From an uncultured Gammaproteobacteria bacterium (GTDB lineage Bacteria > Pseudomonadota > Gammaproteobacteria > GCA-001735895), in NCBI GenBank assembly GCA_947259485.1, contig CAMYLU010000002.1:71841-135840 (forward strand): a stretch of DNA of 64,000 nucleotides. Reading direction: 5' to 3'. The position numbers were made by a program, and so were the translations under genes. Shown one piece after another: positions 43,843 to 53,743 of this stretch (positions within the stretch are counted from its first letter, which is position 1; every line of letters starts with the position of its first letter). Below the pieces are notes generated by a model. It saw nothing but the letters and a program-made list of their open reading frames with translations. It was not told the DNA's origin and searched no databases.

Positions 43843-45178
43843 CGCTCAACTCCTTTACACGTTGCATGAAATCGTCGCCGCGAGCTTCAAATTTCGGGTA
43901 CATGTCAAAGCTTGCACAGGCCGGTGCCAACAGCACACAGTCGCCGCTGCTGGCAACCTCGTGAGCACGCTGCACGGCTTCCTGCATGGTGCGAACCCGC
44001 TCGATTCGGGTCGCATCCTGCCAGGCGAGTTGCAGTCGGGACGCATCCTCGCCAAGCAATAATGCCAATTTGACTTTTTGTTTTATCGTCTCGGACATGA
44101 GCGCCATATCGGCACCCTTCGACTGGCCACCGGCGATCAATATAACCGGGCGTTCGCGTCCCTCGATCGAGGCCTGGGCAGCGCCAATATTGGTTGCCTT
44201 GGAATCATTGATCCATTCGACGCCATCGATTTCAGCAACCCACTGACCGCGATGGGGAATGCCGGCAAACTCTTCCATTGCGGAAACTATGGCCTTCCTG
44301 GATACGCCAACGCTGTGCGCGATCGCCATCGCTGCCAGGCAGTTAGCCCAGTTATGGCGCCCGCTCAGCTTGATATCGTTAACCTCTATCCAGCACTCAT
44401 CACCATGTGCCAGCCAGAGTCCATTTTTCTCGAGCAACCTGAAATCAGCATCCGAGTCAGAATTCAGGCTGAAACTGATATCCCCGGCATCGTGGCGGGT
44501 TACTTCATCGTCAAGATTGCTGACACAGACACTGGCGTTATCATAAATTCTTAACTTGGTCTGGATATACTCGGCGTATCCCGCGTAACGATCGAGATGG
44601 TCTTCACAGAGATTAAGCAGGGCGGCAACCCGGGGTTGCAGCGAAGTTGTCGTTTCGAGTTGGTAGCTCGACAGCTCCAGCACGTAGAAATCAGGATTCT
44701 GTTCAAGCAAATCGAGCGCAGCGGTACCGATGTTGCCACCGACCGCAACCGTCTTATCGTCGCGCCTGATCATTTCGCCGACCAGGGTCGTAACCGTGCT
44801 CTTGCCATTGGACCCGGTGATCGCGATAACAGGCTTATCTACTAAACCCGCGAACAATTCAATATCGCCGATCACGACCTTGCCCAGATCAAGGGCCTGC
44901 TGGATTGCGTCCTGCCGAATCGATATCCCGGGACTGACCACTAACGCATCGGCCCATCCGATTAAATCGATATCGAGCGGCTGGGCTCTAAATTCAATTT
45001 CGCCGAACTCGGCACTGAGTTTACCCAGAAAAGGCGGCAGTTCACGCGTATCCTGCATCCTGCATCGATACCCATGCGCAAGCAAATAGCGCGCAACCGA
45101 GTACCCGGTTACGCCGAGTCCGACTACCAGGTAGTTGATATCTTGCAACGCTGTTTTTTGTTGGTTCACGTTTAACAT
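43835..45178 (-). CDS. murD: UDP-N-acetylmuramoylalanine--D-glutamate ligase.
   Basis: Start set at 'MLNVNQQ...VVGLGVTGYS', which overlaps the mraY stop. Mur ligase motifs. Confidence 0.9.
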   Translation of the reverse strand: MLNVNQQKTALQDINYLVVGLGVTGYSVARYLLAHGYRCRMQDTRELPPFLGKLSAEFGEIEFRAQPLDIDLIGWADALVVSPGISIRQDAIQQALDLGKVVIGDIELFAGLVDKPVIAITGSNGKSTVTTLVGEMIRRDDKTVAVGGNIGTAALDLLEQNPDFYVLELSSYQLETTTSLQPRVAALLNLCEDHLDRYAGYAEYIQTKLRIYDNASVCVSNLDDEVTRHDAGDISFSLNSDSDADFRLLEKNGLWLAHGDECWIEVNDIKLSGRHNWANCLAAMAIAHSVGVSRKAIVSAMEEFAGIPHRGQWVAEIDGVEWINDSKATNIGAAQASIEGRERPVILIAGGQSKGADMALMSETIKQKVKLALLLGEDASRLQLAWQDATRIERVRTMQEAVQRAHEVASSGDCVLLAPACASFDMYPKFEARGDDFMQRVKELSDD

Positions 45179-46260
45179 TACCGGATCTTTAAACTCGCCA
45201 GGCCAATCAGCACCAACACCACGGTAATAATCCAGAAACGCACGATAATGCGTGGCTCCGGCCAACCCTTGAGTTCGTAATGATGATGCAATGGCGCCAT
45301 ACGAAATATTCGACGCCCGGTTAATTTGAATGATGCGACTTGCAGCATCACTGAAACCGTCTCCACGACGAAAATGCCGCCCATGATAAAAAGCACGAGT
45401 TCCTGGCGCACGATTACCGCCAGTGTGCCCAGCGCGGCCCCTAGCGCGAGCGCGCCGACATCGCCCATGAAGACCTGGGCCGGGTAAGTATTAAACCAGA
45501 GGAATCCCAGCCCGGCCCCGACCAGTGCGCCACAAAAAACGACCATTTCCCCGACCCCCGGTACATAGGGAATGCCAAGATAATTGGAAAAGTTAAAGTT
45601 CCCCGTGAGGTAGGCAAAAACACCGAGGGCGCCTCCAACCAGCACGGTTGGCAGTATCGCAAGACCATCGAGTCCATCAGTCAGGTTGACCGCGTTACTG
45701 CTGCCAACGATCACAAAATAAGCCAGCACCACGTATAACCAGCCCAGATCAATCAGAATATTCTTGATAAAGGGGACGATCAATTGCGTCTCGATGGGAA
45801 ACTGCGCGGTATGAAACAGCGCTAACGCGGCGCTCAGTCCGATTACCGATTGCCAGAGAATTTTAACTCTTGCCGACAAACCCCTGGAGTTGCCATACGC
45901 GATCTTTTTGTAATCATCGATCCAGCCAATTGCACCAAAGCCAATCGTGACAAACAGGATTATCCATACGAAACGCGAAGACAAATCACTCCACAACACG
46001 GTGCTGGTTACTATCGCAACCAGGATTAGCGCACCGCCCATGGTAGGCGTACCCGCCTTGGACAGGTGGCTCTCGGGGCCGTCGTCACGCACACTCTGTC
46101 CTATCCTGGAGTTGCTCAGGTAACTGATCATTGCCGGCCCGACAATCAGGGAAATCACCAGCGCGGTGAGCACACCCAGAATGGTGCGCATCGTCAAGTA
46201 CTGGAATACATTGAATCCGCTGTGAAACTGCGTGAGGTAGTCCGACAGGCTATACAGCAT
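45178..46260 (-). CDS. mraY: Phospho-N-acetylmuramoyl-pentapeptide transferase.
   Basis: 360 aa, polytopic membrane protein, conserved. Confidence 0.95.
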   Translation of the reverse strand: MLYSLSDYLTQFHSGFNVFQYLTMRTILGVLTALVISLIVGPAMISYLSNSRIGQSVRDDGPESHLSKAGTPTMGGALILVAIVTSTVLWSDLSSRFVWIILFVTIGFGAIGWIDDYKKIAYGNSRGLSARVKILWQSVIGLSAALALFHTAQFPIETQLIVPFIKNILIDLGWLYVVLAYFVIVGSSNAVNLTDGLDGLAILPTVLVGGALGVFAYLTGNFNFSNYLGIPYVPGVGEMVVFCGALVGAGLGFLWFNTYPAQVFMGDVGALALGAALGTLAVIVRQELVLFIMGGIFVVETVSVMLQVASFKLTGRRIFRMAPLHHHYELKGWPEPRIIVRFWIITVVLVLIGLASLKIR

Positions 46261-47620
46261 TGACGTCGCCCCCGTTCATGGACTGACCCAGCATGGTTAT
46301 CAGTCGCTCCATTCCGGCGGCGCGCGAACCCTTGACCAGCAGGTTCACGCCCTGATGTATTTGCGACAGGATGGTTTCCGCCATTTCATCAATGCGCTCA
46401 CAGCAATAGCCACCATTACCAAACTCTTCACTGGCGATGCAGCTCATTTCGCCAACGCCAAAAAGTTTTTCTACGCCATTGCTGCGCGCAATCTGCGCGG
46501 CTTCGCGATGCAATGTCTCTGCTGCCGCGCCCAGTTCCCCCATGTCGCCAAGCGCCAACCAGGCAGAACCCTGTAATGAACACAGCACCTTGATACCCGC
46601 TTCCAGCGAATCGGGATTCGCATTGTAACTATCGTCTATCAGCCGGCTACCGCAGGGACCGGGTAACATTTGCAACCGGCCTTTCACCCCGGAAAATCCA
46701 GCCAGGCTATCTACCGACGTAGCAAAATCCCTGCCACAGAGAATCGCCAGCGATACCGCCGCTAGCGCGTTGCGAACATTATGTTCACCGATGACCGCAA
46801 GCTCGCACCCACGGGTTTCATGCTGATAAGAAAATACAATTTTCAGGGCTTCTGTTTCAACCGACCAGGTGGCGCTGACATCGGCTTCATTTTGCAGGCC
46901 GCAACTAAGTCGCGTCTGCGCAGCACAAAGGTCTTGCCAGTAATGGCTGGCCACTTCATCGGCATTAAACAACGCCTTCTGCTGATCGGAGCAATAAGCG
47001 TAGAGTTCTCCCTTGGCCTCGACTACGCCCTGCACATCGCCAAACCCTGACAGGTGTGCAGCTGCTACATTATTGACGTAGACGATATCGGGTTCGGCAA
47101 TTTCGGCAAGATTTGCAATTTCGCCGCGATGGTTAGCACCCATCTCGATAATGGCAAAATCGTGATCCTGTTCAAGTTCGAACAACGTCAGCGGGACACC
47201 GATGTCATTATTGAAATTTCCGCGAGTGGCAAGTGTCGAGGCCTGTCTCGATAAAATCTGGTACAGCATTTCCTTGACGGTGGTTTTACCGTTGCTGCCG
47301 GTAAGCGCAACCATGCAGGGATTGCATTGTCGACGCCAGTAATTTGCCAACCGCGCCATCGCCTGCTTGCAATCGGTTACTTCGATCTGTGCAATATCAC
47401 ACTGCTGTCGTTGTTCGACCAATGCTACAACTGCACCACTCTGATAGGCCTGGTCAACAAAGCTATGGCCATCGAAATTACTACCCTTAATGGCAACAAA
47501 CAGTTTCCCGTCACAGGATTTGCGACTGTCGATCGTGACTCCGGAAAAAGTTATATCCGGCAGCCCCTCGGCACCGACCCCGAGGTTTTCAGCCAAAGCC
47601 GCTAAAGACATGCTAATCAT
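46250..47620 (-). CDS. murF: UDP-MurNAc-tripeptide--D-Ala-D-Ala ligase.
   Basis: '[13 protein letters not shown]'. Confidence 0.9.
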   Translation of the reverse strand: MISMSLAALAENLGVGAEGLPDITFSGVTIDSRKSCDGKLFVAIKGSNFDGHSFVDQAYQSGAVVALVEQRQQCDIAQIEVTDCKQAMARLANYWRRQCNPCMVALTGSNGKTTVKEMLYQILSRQASTLATRGNFNNDIGVPLTLFELEQDHDFAIIEMGANHRGEIANLAEIAEPDIVYVNNVAAAHLSGFGDVQGVVEAKGELYAYCSDQQKALFNADEVASHYWQDLCAAQTRLSCGLQNEADVSATWSVETEALKIVFSYQHETRGCELAVIGEHNVRNALAAVSLAILCGRDFATSVDSLAGFSGVKGRLQMLPGPCGSRLIDDSYNANPDSLEAGIKVLCSLQGSAWLALGDMGELGAAAETLHREAAQIARSNGVEKLFGVGEMSCIASEEFGNGGYCCERIDEMAETILSQIHQGVNLLVKGSRAAGMERLITMLGQSMNGGDVNAV

Positions 47621-49136
47621 GACTCACCTGCAGAATTCGGCTAACTACATGACGATCGCTAAACGGACGGCGTTCGTTACCGACTATTTGCTCCTGTTCG
47701 TGCCCCTTGCCAGCAATTACCACGAGATCTTCGGCAGCCGCCTGCGACAGGGCATATTCGATAGCCGCCTGGCGATTATGCACAACGCAGGCCTGCCCGG
47801 GCCGTTTCATACCGGCCAGAATTTCACTGACGATTTTTTCAGGTGATTCGTTACGCGGGTTATCATCGGTAACAATCACACGGTCGGCGAGTTCTTCCAC
47901 GGCACGTCCCATGCCGCTACGCTTGCCCTGGTCACGATCGCCACCGCATCCAAATACACACCAGAGTAATCCGCCGGTATGTTCTCGACAGGCACCGAGG
48001 CAGGCGCGCAAGGCTTGCTCGGTATGGGCAAAATCGATCACCGCTGCAGCGCCAGCAGGCTTGCCAGAGAATTTCTCCATGCGACCGGGAATCGGCTTTA
48101 AGTCTTTAATCGCGAGCTCGAGTTGATTGTAATCGAGACCCAGTGCCACCAGCGTGGCTATACAGGCAAGCGTATTTTCGACATTGAAATGCCCCAGTAA
48201 AGCAGTGACTGCTGTCACTTCTCCCAACGGGGTCGAAGCGCGGATATTCTGTCCGTTTGCACTCAATTCGCTGGCAATTAATTTTATCTCGGCTTCGCAC
48301 TCGCCCCCGGATTCGACCGAGTAACGTAGCAATGATTTTTGTTCAACCGACTCGCTTATCTGCTGTCCGAAACTATCGTCAACATTGACCACACGCCCGG
48401 AAAGCTGGAAGTCATGAAACAGTCGCGCCTTGGCAGCCGCGTACCTGCCCTGGTCACCGTGATAATCGAGATGATCTCTTCCCAGGTTGGTTAGCACGGC
48501 TATATCAAAATCGCACCCGTTGACGCGGTACTGCTCCAGTGCGTGCGAAGACACTTCCATGACCACGTATTCGCAGCGTTGCAACTGGAACTGGTGCAGG
48601 CGTGACTGCAGGCTTACTGCGTCTGGTGTGGTCAATGAGTCTGGCGTCAGGCTATTTCCTATGCCGTAACCGAGAGTACCAATACTGGCGCATGACTTAC
48701 CGATTCGGGTCAAGGCCTGGGTAACGAGATGGGTGACACTTGACTTTCCATCGGTGCCGGTAATTCCAATGATAGTCATTGCCTGTCCCGGGTCACCGAA
48801 GAAACGACTAACGATATGGCCGTTGGCACGTTCCAGCTGATCAACGCCAATCCAGTGGGTTTCGACCTGCTTGCTCAATAGTGGAATTCGTTGCAGGCTG
48901 TAATCGTCTGATGCGTCATAAATCACCGCCACTGCACCGGCCTTAACCGCATCTATGGCGTAATCTATTCCATTGGACTTGATACCCGGCAAGGCAATGA
49001 ATGCTGAATTCACAGTTACATTGGCGCTGTTGCTGACGATATCGCTAATCTGGATCGACGGCACAGTATCCTGAAGTGCAAAACCTGATAACAGTTCCGA
49101 CAATGCCATTCCCGGAATATTGGTATTTGCCATCAT
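47613..49136 (-). CDS. murE: UDP-MurNAc-L-Ala-D-Glu--2,6-diaminopimelate ligase.
   Basis: 'GITGTDGKSSVTH' and a DNPR motif ('DDNPRNE'). Confidence 0.9.
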   Translation of the reverse strand: MMANTNIPGMALSELLSGFALQDTVPSIQISDIVSNSANVTVNSAFIALPGIKSNGIDYAIDAVKAGAVAVIYDASDDYSLQRIPLLSKQVETHWIGVDQLERANGHIVSRFFGDPGQAMTIIGITGTDGKSSVTHLVTQALTRIGKSCASIGTLGYGIGNSLTPDSLTTPDAVSLQSRLHQFQLQRCEYVVMEVSSHALEQYRVNGCDFDIAVLTNLGRDHLDYHGDQGRYAAAKARLFHDFQLSGRVVNVDDSFGQQISESVEQKSLLRYSVESGGECEAEIKLIASELSANGQNIRASTPLGEVTAVTALLGHFNVENTLACIATLVALGLDYNQLELAIKDLKPIPGRMEKFSGKPAGAAAVIDFAHTEQALRACLGACREHTGGLLWCVFGCGGDRDQGKRSGMGRAVEELADRVIVTDDNPRNESPEKIVSEILAGMKRPGQACVVHNRQAAIEYALSQAAAEDLVVIAGKGHEQEQIVGNERRPFSDRHVVSRILQVSHD

Positions 49137-50869
49137 GCCCCCTGTCCCTTGCTGCGTGCCAGCGTCGGCAAATCGTCGGGTGGAATATCGAGAATACGCA
49201 GGGCATTTGACATCACTTCCTGGAATACAGGAGCTGCAACCAGGCCACCGTAATATCCGTTTTGCGTAGGCTCGTCGATCATGATCGCCATCACCAGGCG
49301 CGGATTGCTGGCTGGCGCGATACCCGCAAACACGGCAACATAATCGTCTTCCTGGTAGCCACCGGCTATGCTTTTTTTGGCGGTCCCGGTCTTGCCAGCA
49401 ATCTGGTAACCGTCGACTGCGGCCGCCTGCGCAGTGCCTTTGGGTCCAACCACCTCGGTCAGCATCTTCATCATTTGCTGCGCGGTCGAGGCTTTCATGA
49501 CATGTCGCGAGATCTCATTCATCGGCCTGCGAACCGGTTCCTTGCGAATCAGGCTGAGATCGACCAATCGTCCCCGGTTCGCAATCACCGCATAGGCGCG
49601 CGCGAGCTGGGTGATCGATAACGACATTCCGTATCCGAATCCCATGGTAGCGTGATCCAGCGACTGCCACTGGCTGTAGTGACGGAAATATCCGGACGAT
49701 TCTCCCGGAAAAGACACACCGGATAACTCGCCAAACCCGTAAGATTTAAAACTCTCCCATAGCTGCTTTTTTTCCAACGACATGGCAATGCGCGATGCGC
49801 CAACGTTACTCGATTTGCTCAGGATTTCGGAGAGGTCGAGTACGCCGTAGTTGCGAATGTCTTTAACCGGATGTCCGCTGACCATCATGTAGCCTGGTGA
49901 GGTATCAATATTGCTGCCACGGTGGTAATGACCGCGATCAATCGCAGCCGCCAGGGTAAAGGGTTTAATCGCGGAACCTGGTTCAAACACATCGGTGAGA
50001 GCCCGGTTACGCAGTTTCAGGGTAGCCGTCGTCCTGCGTCGATTCGGGTTATAAGACGGCTGGTTTACGATTGCCAGAATTTCGCCGTTGCGAGCGTCCA
50101 GCAATACTGCTGAACCTGCCTTGGCGGCGTGATACTGGATCGCTCGTGCGAGGCTACGATAAGCGATGTACTGCAAGCGCATATCGATACTGGTATAGAT
50201 ATCGTTGCCCGATTCGGCCGGCTTGACCTGCGCCAGTTCCTCAACAACTTCGCCACGACGGTTGCGGATAACCCGACGCACACCCGGCTCAGCACGCAAC
50301 CAGTCCTGGTAGGACAGTTCAAGTCCTTCCTGGCCCTTGTCATCAATATCGGTAAATCCCACGAGGTGCGATACCACCTCTCCGGCAGGATAGTAGCGAT
50401 GATACTCGCGCTGCAGGTACACGCCCTCTATTCCCGCTGCGAGAGCGCGTGCAAATTCTGGCTCAAGCTGGCGCTTCAGGTAAACAAACTCACGATCCGC
50501 GCGTTGCTTTAGCATGGATACCGTATCGCGGTAATCGAGTTTCAGCTTACCCGCTACCTGTTTCAGGGCTGCGAGGTTTCCGAGAATTTCATCCGGATTG
50601 ACCCAAACCGAATCGACCGGTGTACTAATTGCCAAAGGTGTACCAAAACGATCCAGGATAGCGCCTCGATAGGCCGGGGTTTCGATGGTACGGATTTGTC
50701 GCTGCACTCCCTGGTCAGTCAAAAAGTCCTGCTCAACGACCTGTAGATACAAAGCCCGTGTGATCAAACCGACGAGCAATGAAATCAATACCAGCAGTAC
50801 AAAGCTATGACGCATACCCAGGAAAACCGCCCCGCCGTCACCCTTGTTAACGCGGTCGCTACGTTTCAT
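49133..50869 (-). CDS. ftsI: Peptidoglycan D,D-transpeptidase FtsI (PBP3).
   Basis: N-terminal anchor, SxxK 'GSAIKPF', SxN and KTG 'KTGTA' motifs. Confidence 0.9.
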   Translation of the reverse strand: MKRSDRVNKGDGGAVFLGMRHSFVLLVLISLLVGLITRALYLQVVEQDFLTDQGVQRQIRTIETPAYRGAILDRFGTPLAISTPVDSVWVNPDEILGNLAALKQVAGKLKLDYRDTVSMLKQRADREFVYLKRQLEPEFARALAAGIEGVYLQREYHRYYPAGEVVSHLVGFTDIDDKGQEGLELSYQDWLRAEPGVRRVIRNRRGEVVEELAQVKPAESGNDIYTSIDMRLQYIAYRSLARAIQYHAAKAGSAVLLDARNGEILAIVNQPSYNPNRRRTTATLKLRNRALTDVFEPGSAIKPFTLAAAIDRGHYHRGSNIDTSPGYMMVSGHPVKDIRNYGVLDLSEILSKSSNVGASRIAMSLEKKQLWESFKSYGFGELSGVSFPGESSGYFRHYSQWQSLDHATMGFGYGMSLSITQLARAYAVIANRGRLVDLSLIRKEPVRRPMNEISRHVMKASTAQQMMKMLTEVVGPKGTAQAAAVDGYQIAGKTGTAKKSIAGGYQEDDYVAVFAGIAPASNPRLVMAIMIDEPTQNGYYGGLVAAPVFQEVMSNALRILDIPPDDLPTLARSKGQGA

Positions 50870-51126
50870 TGCAAACGCACCAGTTCGACGTTTTCGGGTA
50901 AGCGCATTTTTAAGTCTTTGCGCGCCCTGGATTCAACATTGCTATGCGTCGCCAGGGTCGTGTTTTGCAACTGCAAACGCCCCCACTCGATAACCTGTTG
51001 GTCCTGTTGTTTCTGGATGTTACGTAAATCGGCGAATAGAACGCGGCTTTGATGCTTCACGTATACCACGGTCAGTGCACTGCCGAGAACCAGTGTTAGC
51101 AGCAGCGAAAACCAGGCTCTGTTCAT
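50866..51126 (-). CDS. ftsL: Cell division protein FtsL.
   Basis: 86 aa bitopic protein located between rsmH and ftsI. Confidence 0.8.
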   Translation of the reverse strand: MNRAWFSLLLTLVLGSALTVVYVKHQSRVLFADLRNIQKQQDQQVIEWGRLQLQNTTLATHSNVESRARKDLKMRLPENVELVRLQ

Positions 51127-52061
51127 CAGGCCGCTCGCTCTGCTATGCGCAGTACCGCACTACGGGCACGTGGATTTAAGGCCAGCTCCCCGGCTCCTGC
51201 CTTGATGCCTTTGGTTTTTAACTTGAGACGGATGTTGGATGGAATTTCGCTATCGCGCAGTGGCAGGCCACGGGGGATTTTGCTGCGAGTACTCTGTGAT
51301 TTAAAAAATCGTTTTACCAGGCGATCTTCGAGTGAGTGGAAACTGATGATCAACAGGCGCCCACCGATTTTCAATACATCCAGCACCGATTCAAGCAGGC
51401 GCTGGATCTGTTCGAGCTCCTGGTTGATATGAATCCTGACGGCCTGGAAGCTGCGGGTTGCCGGGTGCCGATTATTTTTGGGGCGCGGCACTATTTCACT
51501 GATTATCGCGGCCAGGGTTGCGGTATCCTCGATTTTGCGGGACTGGCGCACTTCGACAATCTTTTTTGCGATCCTGCGTGAATGACGTTCCTCGCCGTAT
51601 TCCCACAGCACCCTCGCGATCTCCGCTTCATCAGCCTGCGCGAGCCAATCTGCCGCCGACTCGCCCTGGCCGGGATTCATACGCATATCGAGGGGTCCAT
51701 TATGCTGAAAACTGAAACCGCGCCCGGCATCGTCGAGTTGAGGTGAGGAAACACCAAGGTCGAGCAGGATCCCGTCGATTTGCTCCAGCAGATCGAGTTC
51801 ATCAATCCGGCTGCGCATGTTGGCGTAGTCATCGTGGATTATGGTAACCCGGCAGTCGGAGCCAATTGTCTCATGGGCATCTGCAATTGCCTGCGGGTCC
51901 CGATCCATAACAATCAGGCGGCCGTGCTCGCCAAGCTCAGCCAGGATCGAATGCGCATGCCCGCCTCGACCATAGGTACCGTCGACATAACGACCATCCG
52001 GCTTGATTTCGATTGCTGCCATGACCTCGGCGTGCAGCACCGGTGCATGGTGCTGATTCAC
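51126..52061 (-). CDS. rsmH: 16S rRNA m4C1402 methyltransferase.
   Basis: 'HAPVL...DGTYGRGGH'. Confidence 0.9.
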   Translation of the reverse strand: MNQHHAPVLHAEVMAAIEIKPDGRYVDGTYGRGGHAHSILAELGEHGRLIVMDRDPQAIADAHETIGSDCRVTIIHDDYANMRSRIDELDLLEQIDGILLDLGVSSPQLDDAGRGFSFQHNGPLDMRMNPGQGESAADWLAQADEAEIARVLWEYGEERHSRRIAKKIVEVRQSRKIEDTATLAAIISEIVPRPKNNRHPATRSFQAVRIHINQELEQIQRLLESVLDVLKIGGRLLIISFHSLEDRLVKRFFKSQSTRSKIPRGLPLRDSEIPSNIRLKLKTKGIKAGAGELALNPRARSAVLRIAERAA

Positions 52062-52516
52062 AACGTCAATTCCGCCAGCGCCGCTGGCATATCATCGCCG
52101 GTACCATCGCCCAACCAGGACTCCATACGCTCGGCCCAGAGTGCTTCATCCCAAAGCTCGAACTTCTTGCCCTGCCCGATGAGCACCACCTTTTTGCCGA
52201 GCTGGGCGTATTCTCGCAACGGGTTAGACAGCAGCATTCGACCACTGGTATCGACCTCGACCTCGGTAGCATGACCGATCAACAAACGCTGAATACGACG
52301 GGTGGTGGGATTGAAGCTTGGCAGGGCTTCGATTTTTTCTTCGATCAATTCCCATTCGGGAAGCGGGTAAATCAACAGGCAGGGTTGATCGGTATCAATA
52401 GTAACGATCAGCTGGCTTTGACAGATTTCGAGCAGCCGTTCGCGGTAACGCGCGGGTAGAACAATTCTGCCCTTCGCATCCAAAGATAAATTGGAAACCC
52501 CTCGAAATTTATGCAC
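52058..52516 (-). CDS. mraZ: Transcriptional regulator MraZ.
   Basis: Two SpoVT/AbrB-like halves. I place the start at GTG (52516) giving about 152 aa, because the longer ATG-initiated frame would run through the putative MraZ operator. Confidence 0.8.
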   Translation of the reverse strand: MHKFRGVSNLSLDAKGRIVLPARYRERLLEICQSQLIVTIDTDQPCLLIYPLPEWELIEEKIEALPSFNPTTRRIQRLLIGHATEVEVDTSGRMLLSNPLREYAQLGKKVVLIGQGKKFELWDEALWAERMESWLGDGTGDDMPAALAELTL

Positions 52517-52530
52517 GCTTAACCCGTTGT

Positions 52531-52560
52531 TATGACACTTTGTGCCACTTTTTCCCACTT
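52531..52560 (-). promoter_or_regulatory. Candidate MraZ operator: three direct repeats 'GTGGG / GTGGC / GTGTC' at 10-bp spacing, just upstream of the mraZ start.
   Basis: Minus strand reads 'aaGTGGGaaaaaGTGGCacaaaGTGTCat'. This resembles the TGGGN x3 operator described for E. coli mraZ. Confidence 0.4.
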
Positions 52561-52761
52561 AGGGACACAATATGGCTTATTTTGACCACAAGTCAAGTAA
52601 ATTTGGGCTTCAAATACTGGTTTTTTCTCAATGGCGTCAATAACTTAGCCTATTAACTTAAAGCTCAGGAAATAATAAGCAGCCAAAACCGATACTTAGA
52701 TCTAATAGTTAAAGTGAAATATTAAGTTGAGGCGGATTTTGTGCAGTTTTACACAATTTTC

Positions 52762-52802
52762 AGGGTTTCAAAACAAAGGGGCGCAATGGGATGCGCCCCC
52801 TC
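52762..52802 (-). terminator. Rho-independent terminator of rnpB. GC stem 'gggggcgca/ugcgcccc' followed by a U-rich tract.
   Basis: Minus strand 'gagggggcgcaucccauugcgccccuuuguuuug'. Confidence 0.55.
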
Positions 52803-52805
52803 AAA

Positions 52806-53148
<343 letters not shown>

Positions 53149-53155
53149 GGCGACA

Positions 53156-53164
53156 ATTTTACCA
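53156..53164 (-). promoter_or_regulatory. Extended -10 element 'TGGTAAAAT' about 7 nt upstream of the rnpB 5' end.
   Basis: Read from sequence on the minus strand. Confidence 0.35.
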
Positions 53165-53322
53165 TGCTAACAACAGGACGCCACCCGCATGACACTCAAA
53201 AAACAAGTATTGCGTTGTTGCGACAGGTCGGACCACCGCGAAAACCCGCTACCGGGATGAACAAAAATCCGCTCAGGGATACATTGTCAGGGGTTCTGTT
53301 CCAGGCGATAGTGCACCGAAGT

Positions 53323-53634
53323 TCACTTGCTCCACTGGTCGCGGTGCATACTGAGCTGTTTTAGTAAGGTAAACTTTTCCTCCTTGGCTAAAAATGGCCG
53401 GATCGCATTTAACAACTCCTGCCGTTCACTGGATTGAAACCAGCGGTTCCAGGCCGCTTCGTCAGTCCATCGCGTTATCACCACGTATCGATTGGGACGA
53501 TGTATTTCAACCGATGACTCTCCCGATACATATCCCTCGGCATTGGCCATTACACCCAGCAGGTTTGCAATCGCAGCTTCGTAAAATTCTTCGAGACCTT
53601 CCGCTATTTCGCGTTCGATGATTACCCTGATCAT
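53323..53634 (-). CDS. ABM (antibiotic biosynthesis monooxygenase-like) domain protein.
   Basis: 103 aa. 'RYVVITRWTDEAAWNRWFQSSERQEL' is an ABM-like pattern. Confidence 0.45.
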   Translation of the reverse strand: MIRVIIEREIAEGLEEFYEAAIANLLGVMANAEGYVSGESSVEIHRPNRYVVITRWTDEAAWNRWFQSSERQELLNAIRPFLAKEEKFTLLKQLSMHRDQWSK

Positions 53635-53743
53635 TAATATTCACCTGGTTTATGACCGCTTTCCGGCCGCTGACATGTGTTAAAACAGATCAGCAGGATA
53701 TACAATCGCGCCTATAACACAATAATTTCTCGGAGGAATCCAG

